A DNA stretch of 64,000 bases from Macrostomum lignano (lineage: Eukaryota), in contig NIVC01003091.1 of the NCBI GenBank assembly GCA_002269645.1, forward strand, positions 1-64,000, given 5' to 3'. Of this stretch, positions 36,401-49,339 are shown in pieces. Under the pieces are notes generated by a model. It was not told the DNA's origin, made no database searches, and worked only from the letters and a program-made list of their open reading frames with translations. Both the position numbers and the translations under genes were made by a program. Position 1 is the first letter of the stretch, and each line of letters begins with the position of its first letter.

Positions 36401-37760
36401 GTATTTCAATCTTAACGGGTATTTAACCAAGTAGATTAACAATAACCGATAATTTAATGCCAGTAGGTCAAGGTTGCTCATGTATTCAATTAATATAAAA
36501 TCTTTAAATATAACAAGGATCGATAATTAAAATAAATTATTAAAATTTAACAATAATCGATAATGGCAATGTTTTATCTATGATTAAGAATAGTTAATAA
36601 TTACAATAGGTTATTTTTAATTAATAACAATCGATTAATTACTAATAATTTATAATTAATAATTAATTACAGTCGGTTGTTGAAAGCTATAACAATAATC
36701 GATAGCTACAGTCGGTTCTTTAAATTTATTACCAATCATCGATAATTACAGTAGTTTTGAAACGCATAACCAATTAACCGCTAACTACAGTCGGCTGTTT
36801 AAAGTTATTAACAATAATCGATAACAACAGTCGGTTGTTTGATGCTATTAACAATAATCGATAACTACACTCGGTTGTTTGATGTTATTAACAATAATCA
36901 ATAACTACACTCGGTTTTTTATATTATTAACAATAATCGATAACTACAGTCGGTTTTTTAAACCCATTAACAATAATCGATAACTACAGTCGGTTTTTAA
37001 ATCCATTAACAATAATCGATAACTACAGTCGGTTTTTTAAACCCATTAACAATAATCGATAACTACAGTCGGTTTTTTAAACCCATTAACAATAATCGAT
37101 AACTACAGTCGGTTTTTTAAACCCATTAACAATAATCGAAAACTACAGCGGGCTGTTTGATGTTATTAACAATAATCTATAACTACAGCTAGTCGTTTGA
37201 TGTTATTGAAAATAATCGATAACTACAGTCGGCTGTTAAAAGTTAATAAAAATAATATATAACTACAGTCTTATTTCAATCTAACAAAAACGATATTTTA
37301 ATTACATGTCACAATCTACTATCTGAAACTAACAATTGATGACAATAAAACATGTTATTAGACTTGTTATTAAACAAACAAACAGAATCGAACTCTCCCT
37401 CACCAAGCTCATCAGCATGAGGCTGCGAAGGCACTCTTCAAACCTGTCCGGCCGATCATTTCGCATCGATTCAACTAATCGCCAGCTCTCGGCGTCGTTA
37501 GCAACCGCCGACGCGGGAATGACGTAACACCCGTTCAAGTCGTCGTCAGCAATTCTCAGAGCCGGTTTTGAAGAGGCCCTCAATCGAGAACCTGAAGTTG
37601 ACCCATCGGACAATGATGGAGCCACTTTGCCGTGACGCTTCAATTTAAATTGACGCATTATCGATTTTTTTATTGAAAATTTTGACGTTGGTCCGGCATC
37701 ATTGTCGCGATTCAGTTCTGTCGTTGAAGAAATTTGCTCAAACTTTTTTTTGGTCATCAT
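24480..37760 (-). CDS. TRPV-like cation channel, exons 37760-37404, 36359-36030, 26468-24480 (~891 aa)
   Basis: Phase-0 junctions TTG|gtgagg...aaacag|AAG and CAG|gtgagg...tggcag|GTG. The join gives ankyrin-like ..CSLLHALCWGCHQQ|VKPTAAY..FNSLELAIYL. Six hydrophobic segments, S4-S5 linker FGETVMMFRQV, pore FTTSLNLFD, and S6 ILTLNFLIAVL resembling TRPV LMLNLLIAMM. Start codon uncertain. Confidence 0.75.
26630..27650 (+). repeat. G-rich ~26-28-bp minisatellite GGGAGGGGCGATTCTCTATGGGG(G)AGAT
   Basis: Direct reading; inside the large TRP intron. Confidence 0.95.
28341..31864 (+). CDS. Ariadne-like RBR E3 ubiquitin ligase, exons 28341-28666, 28983-30965, 31060-31864 (~1037 aa)
   Basis: Phase-2 introns GA|gtgagt...gcgcag|T and AA|gtgagt...gtttag|A. 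RING1 CEICC...CGHRFCNPC...CPGFRC; IBR CPLTNC...C.C....C..C..EPHWPSDC; RING2 KQCPSC..MEK..GCNHMSC.CGEHFCWWC with catalytic Cys in GCNHM; helical C-terminus. Confidence 0.88.
32225..35050 (+). repeat. 21-22-bp satellite AAGCTTAAAGACACG(GGGCACC/AGACTGC), ~130 copies
   Basis: HindIII site in almost every unit; two variant tails; inside the TRP intron. Confidence 0.97.
35515..36005 (+). repeat. 21-bp repeat GGGACTTTGGAATCTGGAATC
   Basis: Direct reading; begins ~25 nt inside the donor of TRP exon 2. Confidence 0.93.
36690..37270 (+). repeat. 40-bp AT-rich repeat AACAATAATCGATAACTACAGTCGG...
   Basis: Direct reading; TRP intron 1. Confidence 0.9.
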
Positions 37761-37974
37761 TATCTTTATCGATTTTTATCGACAAATTTTACTCGCAAGA
37801 CTGACGTTGAATTTACTTTCAAAAGTGTGCTGTACCGTATTTATTGCAGATGATTTGCTGGGTCCATCTGCATTCGAACTCTTAGCGCTGATTGGTTTCA
37901 ATAGCGAGTGAACTCTCAGCCAATTGGGGGGGGGTAACATTTGGGGAACTGCCCTGTGAACTTCATTGCTATAG

Positions 37975-38545
37975 CACCCTGTAGCTTTTGAATGTGGCGC
38001 CCCGAAGCTTTTGAATGTGGCGCCCTGTAGCTTTTGAATGTGGCGCCCCGAAGCTTTTGAATGTGGCGACCCGTAGCTTTTGAATGTGGCGACCCGTAGC
38101 TTTTGAATGTGGCGCCCCGAAGCTTTTGAATGTGGCGCCCCGTAGCTTTTGAATGTGGCGCCCCGTAGCTTTGAATGTGGCGACCCGTAGCTTTTGAATG
38201 TGGCACCCCGAAGCTTTTGAATGTGGCACCCCGAAGCTTTTGAATGTGGCGCCCCGTAGCTTTTGAATGTGGCGCCCCGTAGCTTTTGAATGTGGCGCCC
38301 CGTAGCTTTTGAATGTGGCGCCCCGTAGCTTCTAGATTTGGCGCCCTGTATATTCTAGGTTTGGCGCCCCGTATAGTCTAGATGTGGCGCTCCGTATAGT
38401 CTAGATTTGGCGCCCGTATAGTCTAGATTTGGCGCCCCGTATATTCTAGATTTGGCGCCCCGTATATTCTAGATTTGGCGCCCCGTATAGTCTAGATTTG
38501 GCGCTCCGTATAGTCTAGATTTGGCGCCCCGTATAGTCTACGGGG
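37975..38545 (+). repeat. ~23-bp repeat GTAGCTTTTGAATGTGGCGCCCC grading into GTATAGTCTAGATTTGGCGCCCC
   Basis: Direct reading. Confidence 0.93.
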
Positions 38546-39084
38546 TAGACTATAAATTTTGGCGCCACTGGACATACTCATCCGGCAACTTGAAAGGGGA
38601 AATAATATTGTAAATCGGCTGTGCGGTCACGTGATAATCAACTATAATAAAAAGCATGATCGTCTTTTGTTAAATTGTTTGCGTAATACATGTATATAGC
38701 TCATATTTAGTGCCCTGCAACTGCTCCTCGACTGCATTACTCCCAGATAGGAAGGCTGTAGATGTACACGTGTAGGCACTAACAGTATTTACATGTCTGG
38801 CAGTCGATTTTATTGGCTAATTAATTAAGCGGTACGAACAGCACAAATAAAACTGTCTGTTTGCATTGGCATAGTTACAGCCATGGCATATAATAGTTTC
38901 AATAATCTGATCTACGAGTACTACGACTATATACTGGGCTGATACAGGACTATGCTGCAGTAGAAAAGCAAGTCTATAAGTCAACAAACTGAATCATATG
39001 GATTTTCATTGTTACTGGCGGATCAGACCGGCTAGATTGTGGAGGCGGATTGAGAAGCAAGGATTAAGTAAAGACAGATTAAAT

Positions 39085-39295
39085 TGGGCGAGTTAGGGAG
39101 GGTGGATTAGGAAGGGCGGATTAGGGAGGGCGGATTAGGGGGGCGGCTTAGAGAGGGCGGATTAGGGAGGGTAGATTAGGGAGGTTGGATTAAAGAGGGC
39201 GGATTAGGGGGGCGGCTTAGAGAGGGCGGATTAGGGAGGGTAGATTAGGGAGGGCGGATTAGGAAGGCTGGATTAGGGAGGCTGGATTAGGGTGG
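39085..39295 (+). repeat. G-rich GGCGGATTAGGGA repeat containing TTAGGG
   Basis: Direct reading. Confidence 0.85.
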
Positions 39296-39572
39296 ATCAA
39301 AGATATGAGGGCGTACTGAATAGGGAAGAGATTGAACAAGGCAGATTAGATCAGGCAGACCGAGAGTAAAGTCTTAAAAGATCGATCATAGAAGTTTGTT
39401 TTTCCTAAGTTACATGCTTAATAATAGTATAGACAACAGATGAGATACGTTACAAGTATGGTTAGTTATCTAGATATAAGAAATTTATTTGGAAATATTA
39501 ATAACACGTACGCGCCATGTCAAGCTACTAATAGTAGCTCTCACACGCTTATAAAGTTGACTTTTAATAAAA

Positions 39573-39854
39573 TCAGTGTCGATTTCTGTTGTACGTCTTT
39601 CGCCAGTACCACTTTTTGCTTGGCGGGCTGTCAGCCTCCTGCAGTTGATCCCGTTCAGCAATGGCATTGATCATCGCCTCCTGTCGCTCTTGGTCCAATT
39701 CGTCTTGGTCAGCGGCAGTTCTAGCCACTGCTGACAGTTCGTTGTCGTCGACAAAGTCATCGTCGACATTCGCAGTAAATGAGACGGACACTCGAGCCAA
39801 GGACGCCGCGATTAAGACAAACAGGAGCAGCGAAAAGATGACGGAGTTGTGCAT
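39573..39854 (-). CDS. Small secreted peptide precursor (93 aa)
   Basis: MHNSVIFSLLLFVLIAASLA signal-like N-terminus, Asp/Glu-rich middle, basic aromatic tail KKWYWRKTYNRNRH*. GC-richer than its flanks. Confidence 0.65.
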   Translation of the reverse strand: MHNSVIFSLLLFVLIAASLARVSVSFTANVDDDFVDDNELSAVARTAADQDELDQERQEAMINAIAERDQLQEADSPPSKKWYWRKTYNRNRH

Positions 39855-41814
39855 TTTACCGATGTCGAGAGGTACCTCTTTCTGCTGTGTAATGCGTTTA
39901 CCAAGCTGTGAGACTTGAAACTTTGTTTGACATAGACAGACAGAACCAGCAGGCTTAAATAGACTCAAGAAATCTGGGATCTGAGCAGACACGCTCAACA
40001 TTCCGGCAGAGAAGCCAATTAAGATAAAAATAGACACTGTAATTTAAACGCTAAATTCTTTGCAACAGACAGTTTTATTAATGTGAAAGCACATTGTGTG
40101 CTGTCCTCGGTGGCAGAAAGAGTTAAAGAAAAGAGAGTAAAGACTGGGCAGCACTACAATAGCAAAGCAACTTATAGAAGGCCTTCGTGTTAAAATTTAA
40201 AGGTAGCCTAAGACATTCTCCGTAGTAAGTTTAGGGTGGGTGTAAAGTTTAGTGTAATTTGGTTGAGCGGTTTGGGAGTCCATAGCGATCAAAATTGTCC
40301 ATAGACAGACAGACAGACAGACACAGAGTTTTGATTTTTATTTGTAGAGATAAAGCGCACAGTGTCTTTTTCTATACGAGTTACTAAAAATGATCGCGCT
40401 TTGTTCTATAGAATAATTTAGACGAGTAGCTATTGGCGCGCTTGTTGTTGTTGTTAAACGAGGTGGTCAGCCTGGGGGGCTCCCGTGGATCATCAGCCCA
40501 GGGAAGGGCTCTGCCGCTAGAGTACAGGGGCACATCTACCAGGGGCATATAGCCCGAGCAGCCCAGATTGGGACCTGACGTCGTGGCCAGGGAAAGAAAC
40601 CTTATTGGGGCTACTAGCCCAAGCCTATTGACTAAGACACCGCTGACCAACAGTGGAATCAGGGACGGTGCTAAGACCGAGTCCACCCAAGCCACCCCCA
40701 GCAGAAAATCCCGAGAGTGCGAAAAAAAGATTGGAAAAACTTTGAAAAAACTACTGAAAGCGGTCCCAGAGCGGGGAGACCCCGAAGTCTATGGTAAAGG
40801 CTTAATTTTGGAGCGAGTCTGGGCAGCTTATTTACCAAGGGCGAGTCTCCTATCAAGAGGTAGCACCAAACCCTCCTATAGGGCTGCAAGCCTCACCACC
40901 CAGCTCTAAACAATATTGGAGTATGTAATAAGCTCCAGAGCATGCGCCATCAGCGCTGGAATTGCATGACTTTTTTCAGACAAACTTTGCAAGCGGGTGG
41001 CCCATCTAGTCACTTGTACTTGAACATTTTTCCAAGCCCAAACTACTGACAGTAGTGTAAAAGCATTTCATTTAATCTAGAAAATGAATAAAACTGAAAA
41101 CAGCAAAATTCCGAAATATAGAATTTTCTATTATTAAAAAACCAACTTTGCAAATAAAACAATTAATAGACAAAAGTGCGTTTATTGCTCTGCAAAAAGA
41201 GAAAAACTGAGTTAGAAAATAAAACACAAACACACCGCAGCTCGTGTTCTAAAGTTCCATGTAATAAAAATAGTAAAACTATTTAGTATACTTAGATGTC
41301 AATAGAAATTTTTAAATAAAAACTTAAAAAAGGTAATTAAGGCTTTCAAATTAAAGCATACATCAAAGAGAAATAAACCAACTATCGCAGTGGAGAAATT
41401 GATAGACAAAATTATGGAAAGTACATGAAAGAAACCTATCACAAAGATTAGTGCTTAAAACACCAGTTTGGAATGTGTACAATGTGCACATATAAGGAGT
41501 GTCATGTTTTGTCTCTGGATTATTCACAATTTAAACCAGGTTTACGACAGTAGAAATTAAATATTAAATATACAGAGAGAGGCTAAACAATAATTGCCAT
41601 AAATAATAAATATAAATTACATTGTAATATATTAATTCTAAATTTAGGCACCATTTCTTAGAAAACAAACTAATATAGACAACAACAACAAAGGTGCACC
41701 TTCGACGACTTTATAGAGAATATATACAGAGGCAAGAATTTACAATGACAATTTAAAAAAACTATATGCAAGTCTTATATATCCACATACTCAAAATTGA
41801 AATATTCTTCAAAA

Positions 41815-43492
41815 TCAGCTTTGAGCGCACTGACTTTTAGGCCGATTATTAACCACATTGCCGTGACTGCCGCTAACACCTGACGACGCATTCAATGCTG
41901 TAGCAGACGATGACATCTGTGTCTGTTGCTGTCTTTTAGAAGCGGCTTTTGTTTTTGACACAACCGGCGAGGCCGAGCTCCGCCTCTGGCCGGGCACCGG
42001 AGCGGGAAAATTGGACGCCGCCGATACAACAGGCACTACTGGCTGATTATAACTATAAGGATTGTCAGTACTACTAACAGTAGTAGAAGCCGAACCAGAT
42101 ATTAGCGGAGCCTGCGGTCTGCGCAGATGATAGCCAGCATCGCTGGACAATATCAAATTGTCAGTAGTCAAATATGTTGGATCTAAATCAGCCGCAATGT
42201 TCCTGCTAGACTGATGATGCTGAGGTGCCGCTGCCGGAGGCTGGGCAAGCGCCTGCGGCTGTCTAGACGACATCAAAGGACTGTCGGCAAAATAGTAAGC
42301 AGACACGGGCCGCTGCGGTGGTTTCTGATGCTGAGGTCGACGAAGTGGCTGCTGCTGCTGCTGCTGCTGATAGTGAGTTACTCTGAAATAGAAAGCGAAA
42401 ATTTATAGTTCTATTAGGAGGGCACATCGTCCCGCATTCCCGTACCGTACACACGCTCACAGAGGGTGCACAGCGGCCCTGACTATCTAGCCGATTCGGG
42501 TCTCGGGTAACTTAGAGAGAAAAAAAGACCCAAACAAACCTGGATTGCAGCGGACGCTCCTCAATACCTGCTGCACCATTGACAGCCGGAACAGGGCCAG
42601 CTGCAGCCGCCGATGCTGTCACGGCCTGTCTCAACGATTGTCGAGAGTGAGCATAGCGCGACGGCGCCGCTGCCAACGCTAGCGGGTGTCCACCGCCGCC
42701 GTCGCCGCCTGCAGCAAACGGAGCGCTATTGGACGGATTGTCGTAGATTGGCGAGCCCGGAGCTACAACCGGCAGTCCAGCCTGACGCTGCTGGCCGCTG
42801 AGCAGATGAAACTCCTCATCAGCAGGGTTGCTGCGGTCTTCGTAGCCAGCCCGGCCAGTTTGCACCCAGGCATCGACGCTGCGCGATCTTCGTTGACGTT
42901 CGTCATTAGCATCCTCGTCTGCGTCTTCTTCCTCCTCCTCGCGTCTCCGTCGATGCCGTCGATGACGACGTCGACTACGCCGATGGCGTCGTTCGCTACG
43001 ACGCAGACGCCATCGACACTCGTCCAGTTCGGCGATGCACCTCGCCAAACTGGAATCGGCCAGCTCAGTCTCCGACATCACCTGGGCTAACTGAGCCTCA
43101 GCGTCCTGCATCCGTCTGGCCAGAGTGAAGTCTCCACCACCGCTGCCGACGCCTCCGTTGCCGCAGCGTCGACGTAGTCGATCGGCCTCTTCGGCTAATC
43201 GACTCAGGCGATCCTCTAGCTGACGACGCTGGCTAATCAGGGCAGCTTCGCGAGCTTCCAGCGAGTTGTCAGCGTCGTCGGTGACAGCCGGTTGGACGCC
43301 TCCTCGCTCATGATTGTCACCACCATGATCGTTGCCATCGTCTGCCCAGCGTCGGCCGAGCTGAGCAGCCAGATCGGCATCCTGGTCGCATAGCTCTCTG
43401 GTAGCCTGCACCTGGCGGAATCTGCCCAACTGCTGCTGTGTGATGGCCTGCAGTCGGATTCTCTGCTGCTGATGCTGTTGCTGATGCATCAT
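41815..43492 (-). CDS. Uncharacterised Gln-rich coiled-coil/low-complexity protein, exons 43492-42540 and 42382-41815 (~506 aa; may lack 5' exons)
   Basis: Phase-2 intron CCAG|gtttgt...tttcag|A joins two track ORFs in frame. Heptads EAREAALISQRRQLEDRLSRLAEEADRL and MQDAEAQLAQVMSE. Confidence 0.6.
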
Positions 43493-43684
43493 TTAGAGTG
43501 AAGTTTTACTATTGAAGCTACTGCCGATTTGTCTTGTAAGTAGCAAGCTTAGCGTGTTGGTCTCTTTTTTGGCGAATCTTTGTAGCCGTGGTCATGCATT
43601 AGATTTAACAAATAAGTGGCGATCAACTTTCTAGTAATAACAACGCATTCAAGAATCTTCACTAAAGTTTCCATCTTCTTGTAG

Positions 43685-44465
43685 GCACTAGAGGATCTGG
43701 GGAGGAATGGCAGGCCACTAGAGGATCTGGGGAGGGAATGGCAGGCCACTAGAGGATCTGGGGAGGAATGGCAGGCCACTAGAGGATCTGGGGAGGAATG
43801 GCAGGCCACTAGAGGATCTGGGGAGGAATGGCAGGCCACTAGAGGATCTGGGGAGGGAATGGCAGGCCACTAGAGGATCTGGGGAGGAATGGCAGGCCAC
43901 TAGAGGATCTGGGGAGGCCACTAGAGGATCTGGGGAGGAATTGCAGGCCACTAGAGAATCTGGGGAGGGAATGGCAGGACACTAGAGGATCTGGGGAGGG
44001 AATGGCAGGCCACTAGAGGATCTGGGGAGGAATGGCAGGCCATTAGAGGATCTGGGGAGGAATGGCAGGCCACTAGAGGATCTGGGGAGGGAATGGCAGG
44101 CCACTAGAGGATCTGGGGAGGCCACTAGAGGATCTGGGGAGGAATTGCAGGCCACTAGAGAATCTGGGGAGGGAATGGCAGGACACTAGAGGATCTGGGG
44201 AGGGAATGGCAGGCCACTAGAGGATCTGGGGAGGAATGGCAGGCCATTAGAGGATCTGGGGAGGAATGGCAGGCCACTAGAGGATCTGGGGAGGGAATGG
44301 CAGGCCACTAGAGGATCTGGGGAGGGAATGGCAGGCCACTAGAGGATCTGGGGAGGCCACTAGAGGATCTGGGGAGGAATTGCAGGCCACTAGAGAATCT
44401 GGGGAGGGAATGGCAGGACACTAGAGGATCTGGGGAGGAATGGCAGGCCATTAGAGGATCTGGGA
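43685..44465 (+). repeat. 30-31-bp minisatellite CTAGAGGATCTGGGGAGGAATGGCAGGCCA
   Basis: Direct reading. Confidence 0.95.
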
Positions 44466-45139
44466 GGGAAAAGAAAATAACTAAAAGGAAAGACTGAGAA
44501 AAATACAAGCCAATTGGTTTATGCATTTATTGAACTAATACGCGGACCGATGGTTATGTTTGAAACTAGAAGGTTTTGCAACTAACTAATAAAAATACAA
44601 GAAAGGTATTAAAATGCTTAACACTGCTACAGTTTAAATAGTAAAGCACACATATTTATTTACTGTAATTTTATTCAGCTAACAAATACATGATTTTTTA
44701 TGACAATACAGATTGTAACCGGATTAAAAGCCCTAAAATAGGGGCATAGTCTTATAACGCGACAAAATGCAACGCAAACACACATGCAGTTGGACAAATT
44801 AAATAACTTAAAGAGGAAATTAAATGAAACAACTACTTCAAGTAGTTTCATTATTTACGTTAAATATTAGCTTCCAGAATCGATGGATTAAAATAAAATT
44901 AGTGCCCAATTTAAATAACTTTCAAAAAAATAGAATACAAACTTAACCTAATTGAAAACAAATAGCAGTGAGTTACAAATTTTTCGCGACATATCGGCAC
45001 TTAGAAACAATATATTAGAACCAATACGTCTTAATTCATAAGACCATTTAGATTGTAACAGAAAATAGAAAATTGTTTAATCAGAAATGAGTTACACGAC
45101 TTTCGATACATATCGGTTCTTAAAAAATGACTAAATTTA

Positions 45140-45705
45140 ATATTTCTACCGACTTACAAAAGATGATACTTTGGTTAGAATTCAGCAGTGAGTTATATAT
45201 CTTTCGATACATATCGGTCCTTTAAAACTGACTAAACATTTCTATTGACTTACAAAAGCTTGTAGTTTGGCTAGAATTCAGCAGTGAGCTATATAACTTT
45301 CGATACATATCGGTCCTTTAAAACTGACTAAACATTTCTACTGACTTACAAAAGCTTGTAGTTTGGCTAGAATTCAGCAGTGAGTTATATAACTTTCGAT
45401 ACATATCGGTCCTTTAAAACTGACTAAACATTTCTATTGACTTACAAAAGCTTGTAGTTTGGCTAGAATTCAGCAGTGAGTTATATAACTTTCGATACAT
45501 ATCGGTCCTTTAAAACTGACTAAACATTTCTATTGACTTACAAAAGCTTGTAGTTTGGCTAGAATTCAGCAGTGAGCTATATAACTTTCGATACATATCG
45601 GTCCTTAAAAACTGACTGAATTTAACAATTTCTACCGACTTACAAAAGATGATACTTTGGTTAGCATTTAGCAGTGAGTTATATAACTTTCGATACATAT
45701 CGGTC
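45140..45705. repeat. 96-bp tandem repeat, ~5-6 copies, immediately 3' of the Nup133 stop
   Basis: GCAGTGAG recurs at 45281, 45377 and 45473. Confidence 0.92.
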
Positions 45706-45732
45706 AAGCCAACAAAACCTTTAAGAATATTT

Positions 45733-47455
45733 TCACGGCACCAGCAGCGGCGCAGCGCGTTCGTGCAGCACTTTAACGTGATATTCGAACTGCGGATTAG
45801 AGCGCAACTCGGGCGGCACAGCGGGACACTGCAACAGCTGATTGACAGTCGGCGGTCTGGCCAGGTTCAGTTCGCGACCATCCATTAGATCGGAGCAGAG
45901 CAGCTCAGCGGTGCGAATGAACACGCTGCCAGCCATGATATCGCCGGTCATGGACACGGAAGCATCGCCCCCATGCTGCTGCTGGCTCTCCTGCTGAGTG
46001 CGAGTCCAGTCAGTCAGGAGTGCCCGAGCCCACACCAGAGCTCGCAGGGCCTCCCGATCGTCCGACTCGGTCAGGTAGGCCAACAAGTCCAGCGCACGCT
46101 TAAATTCCAGCTCGGATTGATCAGCAAAGCTGTTAGCGGCGTGGCTGGTGAACTTGTCGATTAGTTCGGCGGCGGTGTACACCCGGGTGTACCGCTGACG
46201 ACGGTGCTGCTGGTTGCCCGGCTTGCTGCGCTTCGAGGAGTTAGCTTCAATATTGCCAGTCGCATCTGCAAGTAAAGCAAATAAATATGGAGTTTTACTC
46301 AGAGTGCTACTGACCTGATCTACTAAGTAGTGTGATAGGCGTATCATGCTGAGATACAATTTCAAGTGATAACAGACTTGGGTTAATCTGGAACTAGAAA
46401 ATTGAAGATCTGGGATGGCAGCCCAGCAACTGAGGATCTGGGAGGCTGGCCCAGCAACTGAGGATCTGGGAGGCTGGCCCAGTAACTGAGGATCTGGGAG
46501 GCTGGCCCAGCAACTGAGGATCTGGGAGGCTGGCCCAGCAACTGAGGATCTGGGAGGCTGGCCCAGCAACTGAGGATCTGGGAGGCTGGCCCAGCAACTG
46601 AGGATGTGGGAGGCTGGCGGTCTTACCTTCTCCATCCTCGGCATCGCTAATAGCCTCCTCCGGCAGGCAGTCCTGAAAATCCAGCAGTTCTAATCCGCGA
46701 TTAGCCGCTCTCAACGCTTCAGCGGCTCCGCCGCCGCTAGCCAAATAGGCGAGTTTGGCCATAGACAGCAGGCTGCGCTTCCGACTAGCCAGCCGTTTCT
46801 CGCTTCTAGCCAGAGCGGAGAGGGTGGCGCCGGCCCGACCAAACTGACCAGAGGCGACCTCTTGAAGCCAGGCCAGCGGCTGAGTATCCGGGTGATGATG
46901 CTGCTGCTGCTGGCTCTGCTGATTCTGCTGTTGCAATGCTGTCATTCTTAATAGGCAGCCGCGTTTACCTGTGCGCAAATAATAAGCGGCTAGGTGAGTT
47001 GAGAAGCCGGACAATTGCGCCTGGTATCTGGACAGCATCTGCTGCTGCTCCTGACTGTCCGGCAGGCTTTCGCAGACACGAATTAGTAGATCGAATTCGC
47101 GATATCGCTCGGCTAGGGCCACGGCTCTGTCCGGGGCGTCGCATTTCTCCCATAGGGCGAATAGAAGCTCGCGTCTGGTAGGGGAAAAGAGGGAGTGGCT
47201 GTTAGAGGATGACGCACAGATAATAGAATAACAGACAGACTGGCAGAGACAGATAGGCAGACAGACACTCACAGACAGGACACCAGACAGGCAGGCAGAC
47301 GGACACACAGACAGACAGACAGACAGACAGGCAGACAGACATACAGACAGGCAGACAGACAAAACAGCCAGACACAGACAGACACACAGAAAGACAGACA
47401 GGCAGACAGACAGACACACAGACAGACACACAGACAGACAGACAGACAGACACTA

Positions 47456-47498
<43 letters not shown>

Positions 47499-49279
47499 AA
47501 GACAGACAGACAGACAGACAGGCAGACAGACAGACAGACACACACACAGACAGGCAGACAGACAGACAGGCAGACAGACAGACAGACAGACAGGCAGACA
47601 GACAGACAGACAGAAAGACAGACAGACACACAGACAGGCAGGCAGACAGTCTCACCGAACAGCCTCAAACTGGCCCCCGCCGCTCAGGCTGGCCAGCAGC
47701 AGGTCCAAACAGTCGGCAGTGTCGGACAGCAGTTCGGCGCGTACTCGAGCCTCGGACACGCTCTGGCCAAGGTGGCCAATCAGCTGATTAGCGATGCCGT
47801 GCAGCCACTGGCCGGACCTATCGTAGTCTAGCCAGCGAGACTGCCGCTGCTGCTGCTTCACTCGTCCTTCGCCGCCCAGACGGTCGGTCGAGCGCCGATA
47901 GGACAGCAGGTCTCTGGCCAGGCCGGCCATGAGAGCACCGGCGTCTAAGAAAAATGAGTTGAGCTCGCGGGCGGTTCGATCAGCTGATTGACGGGCTTGC
48001 TCGAGCTGCTGGGCTAAGGCTGGGAACAGGTCCGGGATGCGACTAACCTGCGGATTAGGGGAGGGGGTCGAGAGGGGGAAGATTAAGAGGAGATTAGACT
48101 TAATTAGATAAGTACCACAACGCACTGAGGCATATCTCACACAATCCCATGGTATCTCAAACACAATCCCATGGTATCTCACACACAATCCCATGGTATC
48201 TCACACACAATCCCATGGTATCTCACACACAATCCCATGGTATCTCACACACAATTGCATGGTATCTCACACACCTCTCGATAGAACAGATCGCTAGCAG
48301 TCAGCGCCATGGCTCCAGGTTGAACCCCAACAGACGATGTTGCCAGACGATCGCCAACAACTCGACCGATGACGGAGTCGAACAGGGAGCCGCTGTTGCC
48401 GCTGCCGCCACCGCCTGTCCGTAGCAGCTGGGCGCATCGGACAGCTCTGGCGGCCAAGGCCATCTCGGCCAAATCGTGCAAATCGGCTAGCCGAAGTCCC
48501 GGCGGTGGACAGGCCAACAGGCCGGACTCGTTTAGAAATCGCAAATATTGATTAATCCATTGTCGCTTATCGTCTAGGACTCGTTCGATAATCACCGAGT
48601 TCGACGCGATTTGGCATAGTCGAAACTCGTCTACTGCTGAGCTGCTATCGTCGGAGTCGGCATCGGGGTCCGCTGGCCAGCGAGGATCGGCTGTTGGTGG
48701 CCGGTTCAATAAGTAGGCACCGAAGCTGAGCAGGGCCGCGGCCAGCTCGTGACGCGACTCTTCCAACTGTGCGTCGGACGAAGCGGCAACAGCCGACGCG
48801 AATAGCGACGTCAGCGAGTCGACACTTTGCCGATCCTGACGGGCGCCGCCGCTGACGAAATGGGCGCGAAATGCAGCGGCTAAAAGTGCGCGAGGGTTTT
48901 TTGGGTCGGATTGCTGCTGTTGCTGTTGATGGCGCTTCTGATGAGGCTGCTGCTGCTGTCTCGACGATGATGAGGATGCGGCTGCCGCCGCTGCTGCTGC
49001 AAGACTCTAAAGATAAAAAATTGGACTAATATTCTAGTCACTTGTTAGTTCGCGGGCACTGTTAGGGGGGTTGTTTGTTACTGCGTGCATGCTGGGGGGT
49101 GTATTCTTCATGAGCTTCATGCTTTTTGGTTACTCATTTTCAAAACCACGCTCTTACAATATTAATATATAATTCGGAATTCTAAAATAAAAAACGCATT
49201 GCATTAGATAAGAATACTTCAGTATGATTTTGTCAGCCTCTCTGTATGCAGCGTATGCTCCCTGTCCGTCCGTCCGTCC

Positions 49280-49339
<60 letters not shown>

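Noticed and set aside
40384-40909. GC-richer island with short ORFs on both strands
   Set aside because: No recognisable domain or splice pairing; possibly a retroelement UTR fragment, but unsupported.
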